A DNA stretch of 64,000 bases from Eledone cirrhosa (taxonomy: Eukaryota), in NCBI GenBank assembly GCA_964016885.1, contig OZ024740.1, positions 290,470,001-290,534,000 on the forward strand. The letters run 5' to 3'. Made by a program: the position numbers and the translations under genes. Each line of letters begins with the position of its first letter. Position 1 is the stretch's first letter. The notes beneath the pieces were generated by a model, which worked only from the letters and a program-made list of their open reading frames with translations, searched no databases and was not told the DNA's origin. This document shows, in pieces, positions 31,301-46,800 of the stretch.

Positions 31301-34300
31301 ATAAAAAACGGATCCTCAAATAAAAACGGATCTCCAAATAAAAAAAAAGGATTCCCCCAAATAAAAAACGGATCTCCAAATTAAAAACGGACGCCCTCGC
31401 AAATAAAAAACGGACCCCCTCCTAAATAAAATATGGATCCCCAAACAGAAAGCCAACACATAAAAAACGGATCGATGCCCAAATAAAAAACGGAACCTCC
31501 AAATAAAAAACGGATCCCACCAAATGAAAAACGGATACCCATATAAAAAACGGATACCCATATAAAAAACGGATACCAAAATAAAAAACGGATACCCCCA
31601 AATAAAAAACGGACCCCCTCCCAAATAAAAAATGGATACCCAAATAAAAAGGGGACACCCAAATAAAAAATGGGTCCCCAAATAAAAAACGGACACCCAT
31701 ATAAAAAACGGATCCCCCCAAATAAGAAACGGATACCCATATAAAAAACGGACTCCCACCCCAAATAAAAAACGGATCCCCCAATAAAAAACGGCCCCTC
31801 CCCGCAATTAATAACGAATACCCCTCCCACCTCAATAAAAAACGGACACGCAAATAAAAAACGGACAGCCCAAATAAACCCCCCCCCCCACACACACACA
31901 CACATACAGACACACCAAAAAAAACGGATCGCCAAGTAAGAACGGACACCCCCAAATAAAAAACGGATCCCTAAATGAAAAACGGACTCCACCCCACAAA
32001 TAAAAATCGGATCCGCCCCCCAAAAAACGGACACCCAAATAAAAACGGATCCTCAAATAAAAAACGGATCCCCAAATATAAAACGGATTCCCCCAAATAA
32101 AAAAGGATTCCCCCAAATAAATAACGGAGCCGAAATAAAAATTGGATCCCCAAATAAAAAACGGACCCCAAATAAAAAAAGGATCCCCAAATAAACAACG
32201 GACACCGATATAAAAAACGGACGCCCACCCCAAATAAAAACGGATCCCCCCCCCAAAAAAACGGACCCCGCTTCCCCAAATAAAAAACGGACCCCCAAAT
32301 AAAAAACAGCCCCCACCAAATAAAAATCAGATCCCTAAATAAAAAACGGACACCCAAATAAAAAACGGATTTCCAAATAAAAAACGGATCCCCAAATGTA
32401 AAACGGACACCCAAATGAAAAACGGACCCCACCCCAATTAAAAAACGGAACTCCCAAATAAAATACGGATACCCAAATGAGAAACGGATCCTCAAATAAA
32501 AAACGGATTCCCAAATAAAAAACGGATCCCCAAATAAAAAACGGTCACCCAAATGAAAAATGGACCCCAAATAAAAAACGGCCCTCCTCCCACACACACA
32601 CACCAAATTAAAACGGATCGCCAAATAAGAAACGTACCCCACCCCAATTAAAAAACGGAAATCCAAAATAAAAACGGACACCCCCAAATAAAAAACGGAT
32701 CCCCAAATAAAAAACAGATCCTCAAATAAAAAGGGATCCCCAAATAAAAAACGGACACCCAAATAAAAAACGGATTCCCCCAAATAAAAAATGGATCCCC
32801 AAATTAAAAACGGACCCCCTCCCAAATAAAAAACAAATCCCCCCAAATAAAAAACGGAGCCCCCACCAAATAAAAAACGGACACCCTCCTAAATAAAATA
32901 TGGATCACCAAATAGAAAGTCAACACATAAAAAACGGATCGATGCCCAAATAAAAAACGGTACCCCCAAATAAAAAACGGATCCCCCCAAATAAAAAACG
33001 GATTGCCCCGAATAAAAAGCGGATACCCATATAAAAAACGGATACCCATATAAAAAACGGAACCCCACCCCTAATAAAAAACGGACACTCCCCCCCAAAA
33101 AAAACCCATAAAAAACGGATTTCCAAATAAAAAACGGATCACCCACTCCAAATAAAAAACGGATCGATGCCCAAATAAAAGACGGAACCTCCAAATGAAA
33201 AACGGACACCCCCAAATAAAAAACGGACCCCCTCCCAAGTAAAAAATGGATCCCCAAATAAGAACCGGACGCCCTAATAAAAAACGGATATCCCCAAATA
33301 AAAAACGGACCCCCTCCCAAATAAAAAATGGATCCCCAAATAAAAAGCGGACACCCAAATAAAAAATGGGTCCCCAAATAAAACACGGACACCCATATAA
33401 AAAACGGATCCCCCCAAATAAGAAACGGATACCCATATAAAAAACGGACTCCCACCCCAAATAAAAAGCGGATCCCCAATAAAAAACGGACCCTCCCCCC
33501 AATTAAAAACGAATCTCCCTCCCCCCTCAATAAAAAACGGACCCCCATATAAAAAACGGCCCCCTCCAAGTAAAAAAGAGATCCCTAAATAAAAAACGGA
33601 CACTCAAATAAAAAACGGATTCCAAAATAAAAAACGGATCGATCCCCAAATAAAAAACGGATCCCCAAATAAAAAACGGACACCCATATAAAAACAGACC
33701 GCCCAAATAAAAAACGACCCGCCCCCCCCCCCCCCACACACACACACAAACAGACACACCAAATAAAAAACGGATCGCCAAATAAAAACGGACACCCCCA
33801 AATAAAAAACGGATCCCTAAATGAAAAACGGAGCCACTCCCCACAAATAAAAAACGGGTCCCCCCAAAAAAAACGGACACCCAAATAAAAACGGATTCTC
33901 AAATAAAAAACGGATGCCCAAATAAAAAACGGATTCCCCCAAGTAAAAAAAGGATCCCCAAATTAAAAACGGACCCCTCCCAAATAAAAAACGGACCCCC
34001 AAATAAAAAACGGGCCCCCCACCCCGAATAAATAACTGAGCCCAAATAAAAAACGGCACCCAAATAAAAGACGGATCCCCATATAAAAAACGGAGCCCCA
34101 CCCCTAATATAAAACGGATCCCCCAATAAAAAACGGACCCCCCCCCCAAAAAAAAACGGATCCTCCACCCCAAATAAAAAACAGATCCCCAGCAAATAAA
34201 AAACGGACCCCCCCAATAAAGAACGAGTCCCCAAATAAAAAACGGACCCCCAAATAAAAAACGGATTCCCCCAAATAAAAAACGGGCCCCCCACCCCAAA

Positions 34301-37300
34301 TAAATAACGGTGCCCAAATAAAAATTAGATTCTCAAATAAAAAACGGACCCCCAAATAAAAAGCGGATCCCCAAATAAAAAACGGACACCCATATAAAAA
34401 AAACGGACCCCCACCCCAAATAAAAAACGGTACAAAAACGGACCCCCCTCCCACACACACACACACACCAAATAAAAACCGGATCGCCATATAAGAAACG
34501 GACCCCACCCCAATTAAAAAACGGAACTCCCAAATAAAAACGGACACCACCAAGTAAAAAACGGATCACCAAATAAAAAACGGATCCTCAAATAAAAATG
34601 GATCCCCAAATAAAAAACGACCCCCTCCCCCCCCCCCACACACACAAAATAAAAAACGGATCGCCAAATAAGAAACGGATCCCACCCCAATTAAAAAACG
34701 GAACTCCCAAATAAAAACGGACACCCCCAAATTAAAAACGAATCCCCAAATAAAAAACGGATCCTCAAATAAAAACGGATCTCCAAATAAAAAAAAAGCA
34801 TTCCCCCAAATAAAAAACGGATCTCCAAATTAAAAACGGACGCCTTCGCAAATAAAAAACGGACCCCCTCCTAAATAAAATATGGATCCCCAAACAGAAA
34901 GCCAACACATAAAAAACGTATCGATGCCCAAATAAAAAACGGAACCTCCAAATAAAAAACGGATTCCCCCAAATGAAAACCGGATACCCATATAAAAAAC
35001 GGATACCCATATAAAAAACGGATACCCAAATAAAAAACGGATACACCCAAATAAAAAACGGACCCCCTCCCAAATAAAAAATGGATACCCAAATAAAAAG
35101 GGGACACCCAAATAAAAAATGGGTCCCCAAATAAAAAACGGACACCCATATAAAAAACGGATCCCCCCAAATAAGAAACGGATACCCATATAAAAACGGA
35201 CTCCCACCCCAAATAAAAAACGGATCCCCCAATAAAAAACGGCCCCTCCCCCAATTAATAACGAATACCCCTCCCCCCTCAATAAAAAACGGACCCCCAA
35301 ATAAAAAAACGGCCCCCTCCAAATAAAAAAAGATCCCTAAATAAAAAACGGACACTCAAATAAAAAACGGATTCCAAAATAAAAAACGGACACGCAAGTA
35401 AAAAACGGACCGCCCAAATACCCCCCCACACACACACACACATACAGACACACCAAAAAAAAACGGATCGCCAAATAAAAACGGACACCCCCAAATAAAA
35501 AACGGATCCCTAAATGAAAAACGGACTCCACCCCACAAATAAAAATCGGATCCGCCCCCCAAAATACGGACACCCAAATAAAAACGGATCCTCAAATAAA
35601 AAACGGATCCCCAAATATAAAACGGATTCCCCCAAATAAAAAAGGATTCCCCCAAATAAATAACGGAGCCGAAATAAAAATTGGATCCCCAAATAAAAAA
35701 CGGACCCCAAATAAAAAAAGGATCCCCAAATAAACAACGGACACCCATATAAAAAACGGACGCCCACCCCAAATAAAAACGGATCTCCCCCCCAAAAAAA
35801 AACTGACCCCGCTTCCCCAAATAAAAAAAGGACCCCCAAATAAAAAACAGCCCCCACCAAATAAAAATCAGATCCCTAAATAAAAAACGGACACCCAAAT
35901 AAAAAACGGATTTCCAAATAAAAAACGGATCCCCAAATGAAAAACGGACACCCAAATGAAAAACAGACCCCACCCCAATTAAAAAACGGAACTCCCAAAT
36001 AAAAACGGACACCCCCAAATAAAAAACGGATACCCAAATAAAAAAAGGATCCTCAAATAAAAAACGGATTCCCAAATAAAAAACGGATCCCCAAATAAAA
36101 AACGGTCACCCAAATGAAAAATGGACCCCCAAATAAAAAACGACCCTCCTCCCACACACACACACACACACACACACCAAATAAAAACGGATCGCCAAAT
36201 AAGAAACGGACCCCACCCCAATTAAAAAACGGAAATCCCAAATAAAAACGGACACCCCCAAATAAAAAACGGATCCCCAAATAAAAAACGGATCCTCAAA
36301 TAAAAAGGGATCCCCAACTAAAAAACGGACCCCCAAATAAAAAACGGATTCCCCCAAATAAAAAATGGATCCCCAAATTAAAAACGGACCCCCTCCCAAA
36401 TAAAAAACAGATCCCCCCAAATAAAAAACGGAGCCCCCACCAAATAAAAAACGGACACCCTCCTAAATAAAATATGGATCACCAAATAGAAAGTCAACAC
36501 ATAAAAAACGGATCGATGCCCAAATAAAAAACGGAACCCCCAAATAAAAAACGGATCCCCCCAAATAAAAAACGGACCCCCCCCCCCAAAAAAAAACATA
36601 AAAAACGGATTTCCAAATAAAAAACGGATCACCCACTCCAAATAAAAAACGGATCGATGCCCAAATGATAGACGGAACCTCCAAATGAAAAACGGACACC
36701 CCCAAATAAAAACGGACCCCCTCCCAAGTAAAAAATGGATCCCCAAATAAGAACCGGACGCCCTAATAAAAAACGGATACCCCCAAATAAAAAACGGACC
36801 TCCTCCCAAATAAAAAATGGATCCCCAAATAAAAAGCGGACACCCAAATAAAAAATGGGTCCCCATATAAAACACGGACACCCATATAAAAAACGGATCC
36901 CCCCAAATAAGAAACGGATACCCATATAAAAAACAGACTCCCACCCCAAATAAAAAGCGGATCCCCCAATAAAAAACGGACCCTCCCCCCAATTAAAAAC
37001 GAATCTCCCTCCCCCCTCAATAAAAAACGGAACCCCAAATAAAAAACGGCCCCCTCCAAGTAAAAAACAGATCCCTAAATAAAAAACGGACACTCAAATA
37101 AAAAACGGATTCCCAAATAAAAAACGGACCCTCCACCCCAAATAAAAAACGGATCGATCCCCAAATAAAAAACGGACCCTCCACCCCAAATAAAAAACGG
37201 ATCGATCCCCAAATAAAAAACGGATCCCCAAATAAAAAACGGACACCCATATAAAAAACGGACCTCCCAAATAAAAAACGAGCCCCCCCACACACACAAA

Positions 37301-37600
37301 CAGACACACCAAATAAAAAACGGATCGCCAAATAAAAACGGACACCCCCAAATAAAAAACGGATCCCTAAATGAAAAACGGAGCCCCTCCTCACAAATAA
37401 AAAAAGGGTCCACCCCAAAAAACGGACAACCAAATAAATACGGATCAACAAATAAAAAACGGATGCCCAAATAAAAAACGGATTCCCCCAAATAAAAAAA
37501 GGATCCCCAAATTAAAAACGGACCCCTCCCAAGTAAAGAACGGACCCCCAAGTAAAAAACGGATTCCCCCAAATAAATAACGGAGCCCAAATAAAAATTG
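20000..37600 (+). repeat. ~3.4-kb block duplicated at ~14.1 kb offset (about 20000-23460 and 34030-37590)
   Basis: Shared rare variants are GGACGCCTTCGC (20805, 34838), CCCCAACTAAAAAACGG (~22100, ~36312) and GGGTCCACCCCAAAAAACGGACAACCAAATAAATACGGATCAAC (~23279, ~37406). ORFs 22638..22934 and 36763..37059 match. Confidence 0.85.
21942..21965 (+). repeat. (CA)n microsatellite within a monomer linker; representative of several dozen such tracts in the left arm
   Basis: About 12 CA units here. Similar tracts lie at ~1032, 3158, 5526, 7909, 10204, 11605, 13243, 14431, 15453, 16852, 19085, 20419, 25984, 28427, 36154, 40000, 41281, 43395, 46860, 51380 and 53924. I saw none in the right arm. Confidence 0.9.
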
Positions 37601-40600
37601 GATCACCAAATAAAAAACGGACCCAAATAAAAAAAGGATCCCCAAATAAACAACGGACACACAAATAAAAAACGGATTCCCCCCAAATAAAAAACGTACA
37701 CCCTCCCAAATAAAAAACGGACCCCCAAATAAAAAACGGATTCCCGCCAATAAAAAAACTGGCACCCCACCCCAAATAAATAACGGAGCCCAAATAAAAA
37801 TTGGATCCCCAAGTAAAGAACGGATACCAAAATAAAAAACGGATTCCCAAATAAAAAACGGACACCTAAATAAAAAACGGACCCCCCCAAATAAAAGCGG
37901 ACCACCAAATAAAAAATGGATCCCTAAATAAAAAACGGAGACCCAAATAAGAAACGGACACCCAAATAAAAACGGATCCCCCAAAATATAAGAAGGATCC
38001 ACATATAAAAAACGGACCCCCCACCCAAATAAAAAACGGCTCCCCCCCAAATAAAAAACGGATTTCCCCCAAATAAATAACGGACCCCTCCCAAATAAAA
38101 AACGGACCCCCAAATAAAAAACGGGCCCCCACCCCAAATAAATAACTGAGCCCAAATAAAAACGGCACCCAAATAAAAGACGGATCTCCATATAAAAAAC
38201 GGAGCCCCACCCCTAATATAAAACGGATCCCCCAATAAAAAACGAACCACCCACAAAAAAAAATAAAAAACGGATCCCCACCCCAAATAAAAAACGGATC
38301 CCAGCAAATAAAAAACGGACCTCCCCCCCAATAAAGAACGAGTCCCCAAATAAAAGACGGACCCCCAAATAAAAAACGGATTCCCCCAAATAAAAAACGG
38401 GCCCCCCACCCCAAATAAATAACGGTGCCCAAATAAAAATTAGATTCTCAAATAAAAAACGGACCCCCAAATAAAAAGCGGATCCCCAGATAAAAAACGG
38501 ACACCCATATTAAAAAAACGGACCCCCACCCCAAATAAAAAACGGTACAAAACGGATCCCCCCCCCCACACACACCAAATAAAAACCGGATCGTCATATA
38601 AGAAACGGACCCCACCCCAATTAAAAAACGGAACTCCCAAATAAAAACGGACACCCCCAAATAAAAGACGGATCACCAAATAAAAAACGGATCCTCAAAT
38701 AAAAACGGATCCCCAAATAAAAAACGAGCCCCCCCCCCCCACACACACACCAAATAAAAAACGGATCGCCAAATAAGAAACGGAGCCCACCCCAATTAAA
38801 AAACGGAACTCCCAAATAAAAACGGACACCCCCAAATTAAAAACGGATCCCCAAATAAAAAACGGATCCTCAAATAAAAACGGATCTCCAAATAAAAAAA
38901 AGGATTCCCCCAAATAAAAAACGGATCTCCAAATTAAAAACGGACGCCCTCGCAAATAAAAAACGGACCCCCTCCTAAATAAAATATGGATCCCCAAACA
39001 GAAAGCCAACACATAAAAAACGGATCGATGCCCAAATAAAAAACGGAACCTCCAAATAAAAAACGGATCCCCCAATAAAAACGGACCCTCCCCCCAATTA
39101 AAAACGAACACCCCTCCCCCCTCAATAAAAAACGGACCCCCAAATAAAAAAACGGCCCACTCCAAATAAAAAAAGATCCCTAAATAAAAAAACGGACACT
39201 CAAATAAAAAACGGATTACAAATAAAAAACGGACACGCAAATAAAAAACGGACCGCCCAAATAAAAAACGCCCCCCCCCCCCCACACACACACATACAGA
39301 CACACCAAAAAAAACGGATCGCCAAATAAGAACGGGCACCCCCAAATAAAAAACGGATCCCTAAATGAAAAACGGACCCCACCCCACAAATAAAAATCGG
39401 ATCCCCCCCCCAAAAAAAACGGACACCCAAATAAAAACGGATCCTCAAATAAAAAACGGATCCCCAAAGATAAAAAGGATTCCCCCAAATAAAAAAGGGG
39501 TCCCCCAAATAAATAACGGAGCCGAAATAAAAATTGGATCCCCAAATAAAAAACGGACCCCAAATAAAAAAAGGGTCCCCAAATAAAAAACAGCCCCCAC
39601 CAAATAAAAATCAGATCCCTAAATAAAAAACGGACACCCATATAAAAAACGGACCCCGCTTCCCCAAATAAAAAACGGATCCCCCCAAATAAAAAACAGC
39701 CCCCACCAAATAAAAATCAGATCCCTAAATAAAAAACGGACACCCAAATAAAAAACGTATTTCCAAATAAAAAACGGATCCCCAAATGAAAAACGGACAC
39801 CCAAATGAAAAACGGACCCCACCCCAATTAAAAAACGGAACTCCCAAATAGAAACGGACACCCCCAAATAAAAAACGGATACCCAAATAAAAAACGGATC
39901 CTCAAATAAAAACGGATTCCCAAATAAAAAACGGATCCCCAAATAAAAAACGGTCACCCAAATGAAAAATGGACGCCCAAATAAAAAACGGCCCCCTCCC
40001 ACACACACACACACACACACCAAATAAAAACGGATCGCCAAATAAGAAATGGACCCCACCCCAATTAAAAAACGGAAATCCCAAATAAAAACGGACACCC
40101 CCAAATAAAAAAACGGATCCCTAAATAAAAAACGGATCCTCAAATAAAAAGGGATCCCCAAATAAAAAACGGACCCCCAAATAAAAAACGGATTCCCCCA
40201 AATAAAAAATGGATCCCCAAATTAAAAACGGACCCCCTCCCAAATAAAAAACGGATCCCCCCCCAAATAAAAAACGGAGCCCCCACCAAATAAAAAACGG
40301 ACACCCTCCTAAATAAAATATGGATCACCAAATAGAAAGTCAACACATAAAAAACGGATCGATGCCCAAATAAAAACGGAACCCCCAAATAAAAAACGGA
40401 TCCCCCCAAATAAAAACGGATTGCCCCAAATAAAAAGCGGATACCCATATAAAAAACGGATACCCATATAAAAAACGGATCCCACCCATAATAAAAAACG
40501 GATCCCCCCCCCAAAAAAACATAAAAAACGGATTTCCAAATAAAAAACGGATCACCCACTCCAAATAAAAAACGGATCGATGCCCAAATGAAAGACGGAA

Positions 40601-43600
40601 CCTCCTAATGAAAAAAGGACACCCCCAAATAAAAAACGGATCCCTAAATGAAAAACGGACCCCACCCCACAAATAAAAATCGGATCCCCCCCCCAAAAAA
40701 AACGGACACCCAAATAAAAACGGATCCTCAAATAAAAAACGGATCCCCAAAGATAAAAAGGATTCCCCCAAATAAAAAAGGGGTCCCCCAAATAAATAAC
40801 GGAGCCGAAATAAAAATTGGATCCCCAAATAAAAAACGGACCCCAAATAAAAAAAGGGTCCCCAAATAAAAAACAGCCCCCACCAAATAAAAATCAGATC
40901 CCTAAATAAAAAACGGACACCCATATAAAAAACGGACCCCGCTTCCCCAAATAAAAAACGGACCCCCAAATAAAAAACAGCCCCCACCAAATAAAAATCA
41001 GATCCCTAAATAAAAAACGGACACCCAAATAAAAAACGTATTTCCAAATAAAAAACGGATCCCCAAATGAAAAACGGACACCCAAATGAAAAACGGACCC
41101 CACCCCAATTAAAAAACGGAACTCCCAAATAGAAACGGACACCCCCAAATAAAAAACGGATACCCAAATAAAAAACGGATCCTCAAATAAAAACGGATTC
41201 CCAAATAAAAAACGGATCCCCAAATAAAAAACGGTCACCCAAATGAAAAATGGACGCCCAAATAAAAAACGGCCCCCTCCCACACACACACACACACACA
41301 CCAAATAAAAACGGATCGCCAAATAAGAAATGGACCCCACCCCAATTAAAAAACGGAAATCCCAAATAAAAACGGACACCCCCAAATAAAAAAACGGATC
41401 CCTAAATAAAAAACGGATCCTCAAATAAAAAGGGATCCCCAAATAAAAAACGGACCCCCAAATAAAAAACGGATTCCCCCAAATAAAAAATGGATCCCCA
41501 AATTAAAAACGGACCCCCTCCCAAATAAAAAACGGATCCCCCCCAAATAAAAAACGGAGCCCCCACCAAATAAAAAACGGACACCCTCCTAAATAAAATA
41601 TGGATCACCAAATAGAAAGTCAACACATAAAAAACGGATCGATGCCCAAATAAAAACGGAACCCCCAAATAAAAAACGGATCCCCCCAAATAAAAACGGA
41701 TTGCCCCAAATAAAAAGCGGATACCCATATAAAAAACGGATACCCATATAAAAAACGGATCCCACCCATAATAAAAAACGGATCCCCCCCCAAAAAAAAC
41801 ATAAAAAACGGATTTCCAAATAAAAAACGGATCACCCACTCCAAATAAAAAACGGATCGATGCCCAAATGAAAGACGGAACCTCCTAATGAAAAAAGGAC
41901 ACCCCCAAATAAAAAACGGAACCCCTCCCAAGTAAAAAATGGATCCCCAAATAAGAACCGGACGCCCTAATAAAAAACGGATACCCCCAAATAAAAAACG
42001 GGCCCCCTCCCAAATAAAAAATAGATCCCCAAATAAAAAGCGGACACGCAAATAAAAAACGGATCACCAAATAAAAAACGGATCCTCAAATAAAAACGGA
42101 TCCCCAAACAAAAAACGACCCCCCCCCCCACACACACCAAATAAAAAACGAATCGCCAAATAAGAAACGGATCCCACCCCAATTGAGAAACGGAACTCCC
42201 AAATAAAAACGGACACCCCCAAATTAAAAACGGATCCCCAAATAAAAAACGGATCCTCAAATAAAAACGGATCTCCAAATAAAAAAAAGGATTCCCCCAA
42301 ATAAAAAACGGATCTCCAAATTAAAAACGGACGCCCTCGCAAATAAAAAACGGACCCCCTCCTAAATAAAATATGGATCCTCAAACAGAAAGCCAACACA
42401 TAAAAAACTGATCGATGCCCAAATAAAAAACGGAACCTTCAAATAAAAAACGGATCCCCCAATAAAAAACGGACCCTCCCCCCAATTAAAAACGAATACC
42501 CCTCCCCCCTCAATAAAAAACGGACCCCCAAATAAAAAAACGGCCCCCTCCAAATAAAAAAAAATCCCTAAATAAAAAAACGGACACTCAAATAAAAAAC
42601 GGATTACAAATAAAAAACGGACACGCAAATAAAAAACGGACCGCCCAAATAAAAAACGCCCCCTCCCCCCACACACACACATACAGACACACCAAAAAAA
42701 ACGGATCGCCAAATAAGAACGGACACCCCCAAATAAAAAACGGATCCCCAAATGAAAAACGGACCCCACCCCACAAATAAAAATCGGATCCCCCCCCCCC
42801 CAAAAAAAACGGACACCCAAATAAAAACGGATCCTCAAATTAAAAACGTATCCCCAAAGATAAAACGGATCCCCCCAAATAAAAAAGGGGTCCCCCAAAT
42901 AAATAACGGAGCCGAAATAAAAATTGGATCCCCAAATAAAAAACGGACCCCAAATAAAAAAAGGATCCCCAAATAAACAACGGACACCCATATAAAAAAC
43001 GGACGCCCAACCCAAATAAAAGACGGATCCCCCCCCCCAAAAAAACGGACCCCTCTTCCCCAAATAAAAAACGGACCCCCAAATAAAAAACAGCCCCCAC
43101 CAAATAAAAATCAGATCCCTAAATAAAAAACGGACACCCAAATAAAAACGGATTTCCAAATAAAAAACGGATCCCCAAATGAAAAACGGACACCCAAATG
43201 AAAAACGGACCCCACCCCAATTAAAAAACGGAACTCCCAAATAAAAACGGACACCCCCAAATAAAAAACGGATACCCAAATAAAAAACGGATCCTCAAAT
43301 AAAAAACGAATTCCCAAATAAAAAACGGATCCCCAAATAAAAAACGATCACCCAAATGAAAAATGGACCCCCAAATAAAATACGGCCCCCCTCCCACACA
43401 CACACACACACCAAATAAAAACGGATCGCCAAATAAGAAACGGACCCCACCCCAATTAAAAAACGGAAATCCCAAATAAAAACGGACACCCCCAAATAAA
43501 AAAACGGATCCCCAAATAAAAAACGGATCCTCAAATAAAAACGGATCCCCAAGTAAAAAACGGACCCCCAAATAAAAAACGGATTCCCCCAAATAAAAAA

Positions 43601-43810
43601 TGGATCCCCAAATTAAAAACGGACCCCCTCCCAAATAAAAAACGGATCCCCCCAAATAAAAAACGGAGCCCCCACCAAATAAAAAACGGACACCCTCCTA
43701 AATAAAATATGGATCACCAAATAGAAAGTCAACACATAAAAAACGTATCAATGCCCAAATAAAAAACGGAACCCCAAATAAAAAACGGATCCCCCCAAAT
43801 AAAAACGGAT
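23800..43810 (+). repeat. ~2.6-kb block duplicated at ~17.4 kb offset (about 23800-26400 and 41210-43810)
   Basis: Matching ORF pairs are 24477..24662/41885..42070, 24559..24870/41967..42278 and 24656..24991/42064..42399 (all offset 17408), and 25700..25906/43111..43317. Confidence 0.87.
39340..41905 (+). repeat. ~1.28-kb direct tandem duplication (about 39340-40625 and 40625-41905)
   Basis: ORF-track peptides 39365..39586/40648..40869 and 39902..40084/41183..41365 are identical. CCTCCTAATGAAAAAAGGACACCCCC occurs at 40601 and 41881. Confidence 0.9.
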
Positions 43811-46800
43811 TGCCCCAAATAAAAAGCGGATACCCATATAAAAAACGGATACCCATATAAAAAACGGAGCCCCACCATAATAAAAAACGGATCCCCCCCC
43901 AAAAAAAAACCATAAAAAACGGATTTCAAAATAAAAAACGGATCACCCACTCCAAATAAAAAACGGATCAATGCCCAAATGAATGACGGAACCTCCAAAT
44001 GAAAAAAGGACACCCCCAAATAAAAAACGGACCCCCTCCCAAGTAAAAAATGGATCCCCAAATAAGAACCGGACGCCCTAATAAAAAACGGATACCCCCA
44101 AATAAAAAACGGACCCCCTCCCAAATAAAAAATAGATCCCCAAATAAAAAGCGGACACCCAAATAAAAAATGGGTCCCCAAATAAAAAACGGACACCCAT
44201 ATAAAAAACGGATCCCCCCAAATAAGAAACGGATACCCATATAAAAAACGGACTCCCACCCCAAATAAAAACGGATCCCCCAATAAAAAACGGACCCTCA
44301 CCCCAATTAAAAACGAATACCCCTCCCCCTCAATAAAAAACGGACCCCCAAATAAAAAAAATGCCCCCTCCAGATAAAAAAAAGCTCCCTAAATAATAAA
44401 AAGGACACTCAAATAAAAAACGGATTCCCAAATCAAAAACGGACACCCAAATAAAAAACGGACCGCCCAAATAAACAACGGACACCCAAATAAAAACGGA
44501 TCCTCAAATAAAAAACGGATCCCCAAATAAAAAACGGATTCCCCCAAATAAAAAAAGGATTCCCCCAAATAAATAACGAAGCCGAACTAAAAATTGGATC
44601 CCCAAATAAAAAACGGATCCCAAATAAAAAAAGGATCCCCAAATAAAAAACGGACACCCATATAAAAAACGGACGCCCACCCCAAATAAAAAACGGATCC
44701 CCCCCCCAAAAAAACGGACCCCGCTTCCCCAAATAAAAAAACGGAGCCCCAAATAAAAAACAGCCCCCACCAAATAAAAATCAGATCCCTAAATAAAAAA
44801 CGGACACCCAAATAAAAAACGGATTTCCAAATAAAAAACGGATCCCCAAATGAAAAACGTACACCCAAATGAAAAACGGACCCCACCCCAATTAAAAAAC
44901 GGAACTCCCAAATAAAAACGGACAACCCCAAATAAAAAACGGATACCCAAATAAAAAACGGATCCTCAAATAAAAAACGGATTCCCAAATAAAAAACGGA
45001 TCGCCAAATAAGAAACGGACCCCACCCCAATTAAAAAACGGAAATCCCAAATAAAAACGGACACCCCCAAATAAAAAACAGATCCCCAAATAAAAAACGG
45101 ATTCCCCCAAATAAAAAAAGGATCCCCAAATTAAAAACGGACCCCTCCCAAATAAAGAAGGGACCCCCAAATAAAAAACGGATTCCCCCAAATAAATAAC
45201 GGAGCCCAAATAAAAATTGGATCCCCAAATAAAAAACGGACCCAAATAAAAAAAGGATCCCCAAAAAAACAACGGACACCCAAATAAAAAACGGATTCCC
45301 CCAAATAAAAAACGTAAACCCTCCCAAATAAAAAACGGACCCCCAAATAAAAAACGGACCCCCAAATAAAAAACGGATTCCCGCAAATAAAAAAAATGGC
45401 ACCCCACCCCAAATAAATAACGGAGCCCAAATAAAAATTGGATCCCCAAGTAAAAAACGGATACCAAAATGAAAAACGGATTCCCAAATAAAAACGGACA
45501 CCTAAATAAAAAATGGACCCCCCCAAATAAAAGCGGACCCCCAAATAAAAAATGGATCCCTAAATAAAAAACGGAGACCCAAATAAGAAACGGACACCCA
45601 AATAAAAACGGATCCCCCAAAATAAAAGAAGGATCCCCATGTAAAAAACGGACCCCCCAAAAAAAAATATGAAAAACGGATTTCCAAATAAAAAACGGAT
45701 CCCCTACCCGAAATAAAAAACGGATCGACGCCCAAATAAAAAACGGGACCCCCAAATAAACAGATACCCATATAAAAAACGGACCCCCCACCCAAATAAA
45801 AAACGGCTCCCCCCAAATAAAAAACGGATACCCAAATAAAAAACGGATTTCCCCCAAATAAATAACGGACACCCTCCCAAATAAAAAACGGAGCCCCAAA
45901 TAAAAAATGGGCCCCCACCCCAAATAAATAACTGAGCCCAAATAAAAAACGGCACCCAAATAAAAGACGGATCCCCATATAAAAAACGGATCCCCAGCAA
46001 TTAAAAAACGGACCCCCCCAATAAAGAACGGGTCCCCAAATAAAAAACGGACCCCCAAATAAAAAACGGATTCCCCCAAATAAAAAACGGAACTCCCAAA
46101 TAAAAAACGGACCGCCCAAATAAAAAACGCCTCCCCCCACACACATACACATACAGACACACCAAATAAAAAAAGGATCGCCGAATAAGAACGGACACCC
46201 CCAAATAAAAAACGGATCCCTAAATGAAAAACGGACCCCCCCACAAATAAAGATCAGATCTCCCCCCAAAAAACGGACACCCAAATAAAAACGGATCCTC
46301 AAATAAAAAACGGATACCCAAATAAAAAACGGATTCCCCCAAATAAAAAAAGCATTCCCCCAAATAAATAACGGAGCCGAAATAAAGATTGGATCCCCAA
46401 ATAAAAAACGGACCCCAAATAAAAAAGGATCCCCAAATAAACAACGGAGACCCATATAAAAAACGGACGCCCACCCCAAATAAAAAACGGATCCCCCCCC
46501 CCCAAAAACGGACCCCGCTTCCCCAAATAAAAAACGGACCCCAAATAAAAAACAGCCCCCACCAAATAAAAATCAGATCCCTAAATAAAAAACGGACACC
46601 CAAATAAAAAACGGATTTCCAAATAAAAAACGGATCCCCAAATGAAAAACGGACACCCAAATGAAAAAGGGACCCCACCCCAATTAAGAAACGGAACTCC
46701 CAAATAAAAACGGACACCCCCAAATAAAAAACGGATACCCAAATAAAAAACGGATCCTCAAATAAAAAACGGATTCCCGAATAAAAAACGGATCCCCAAA

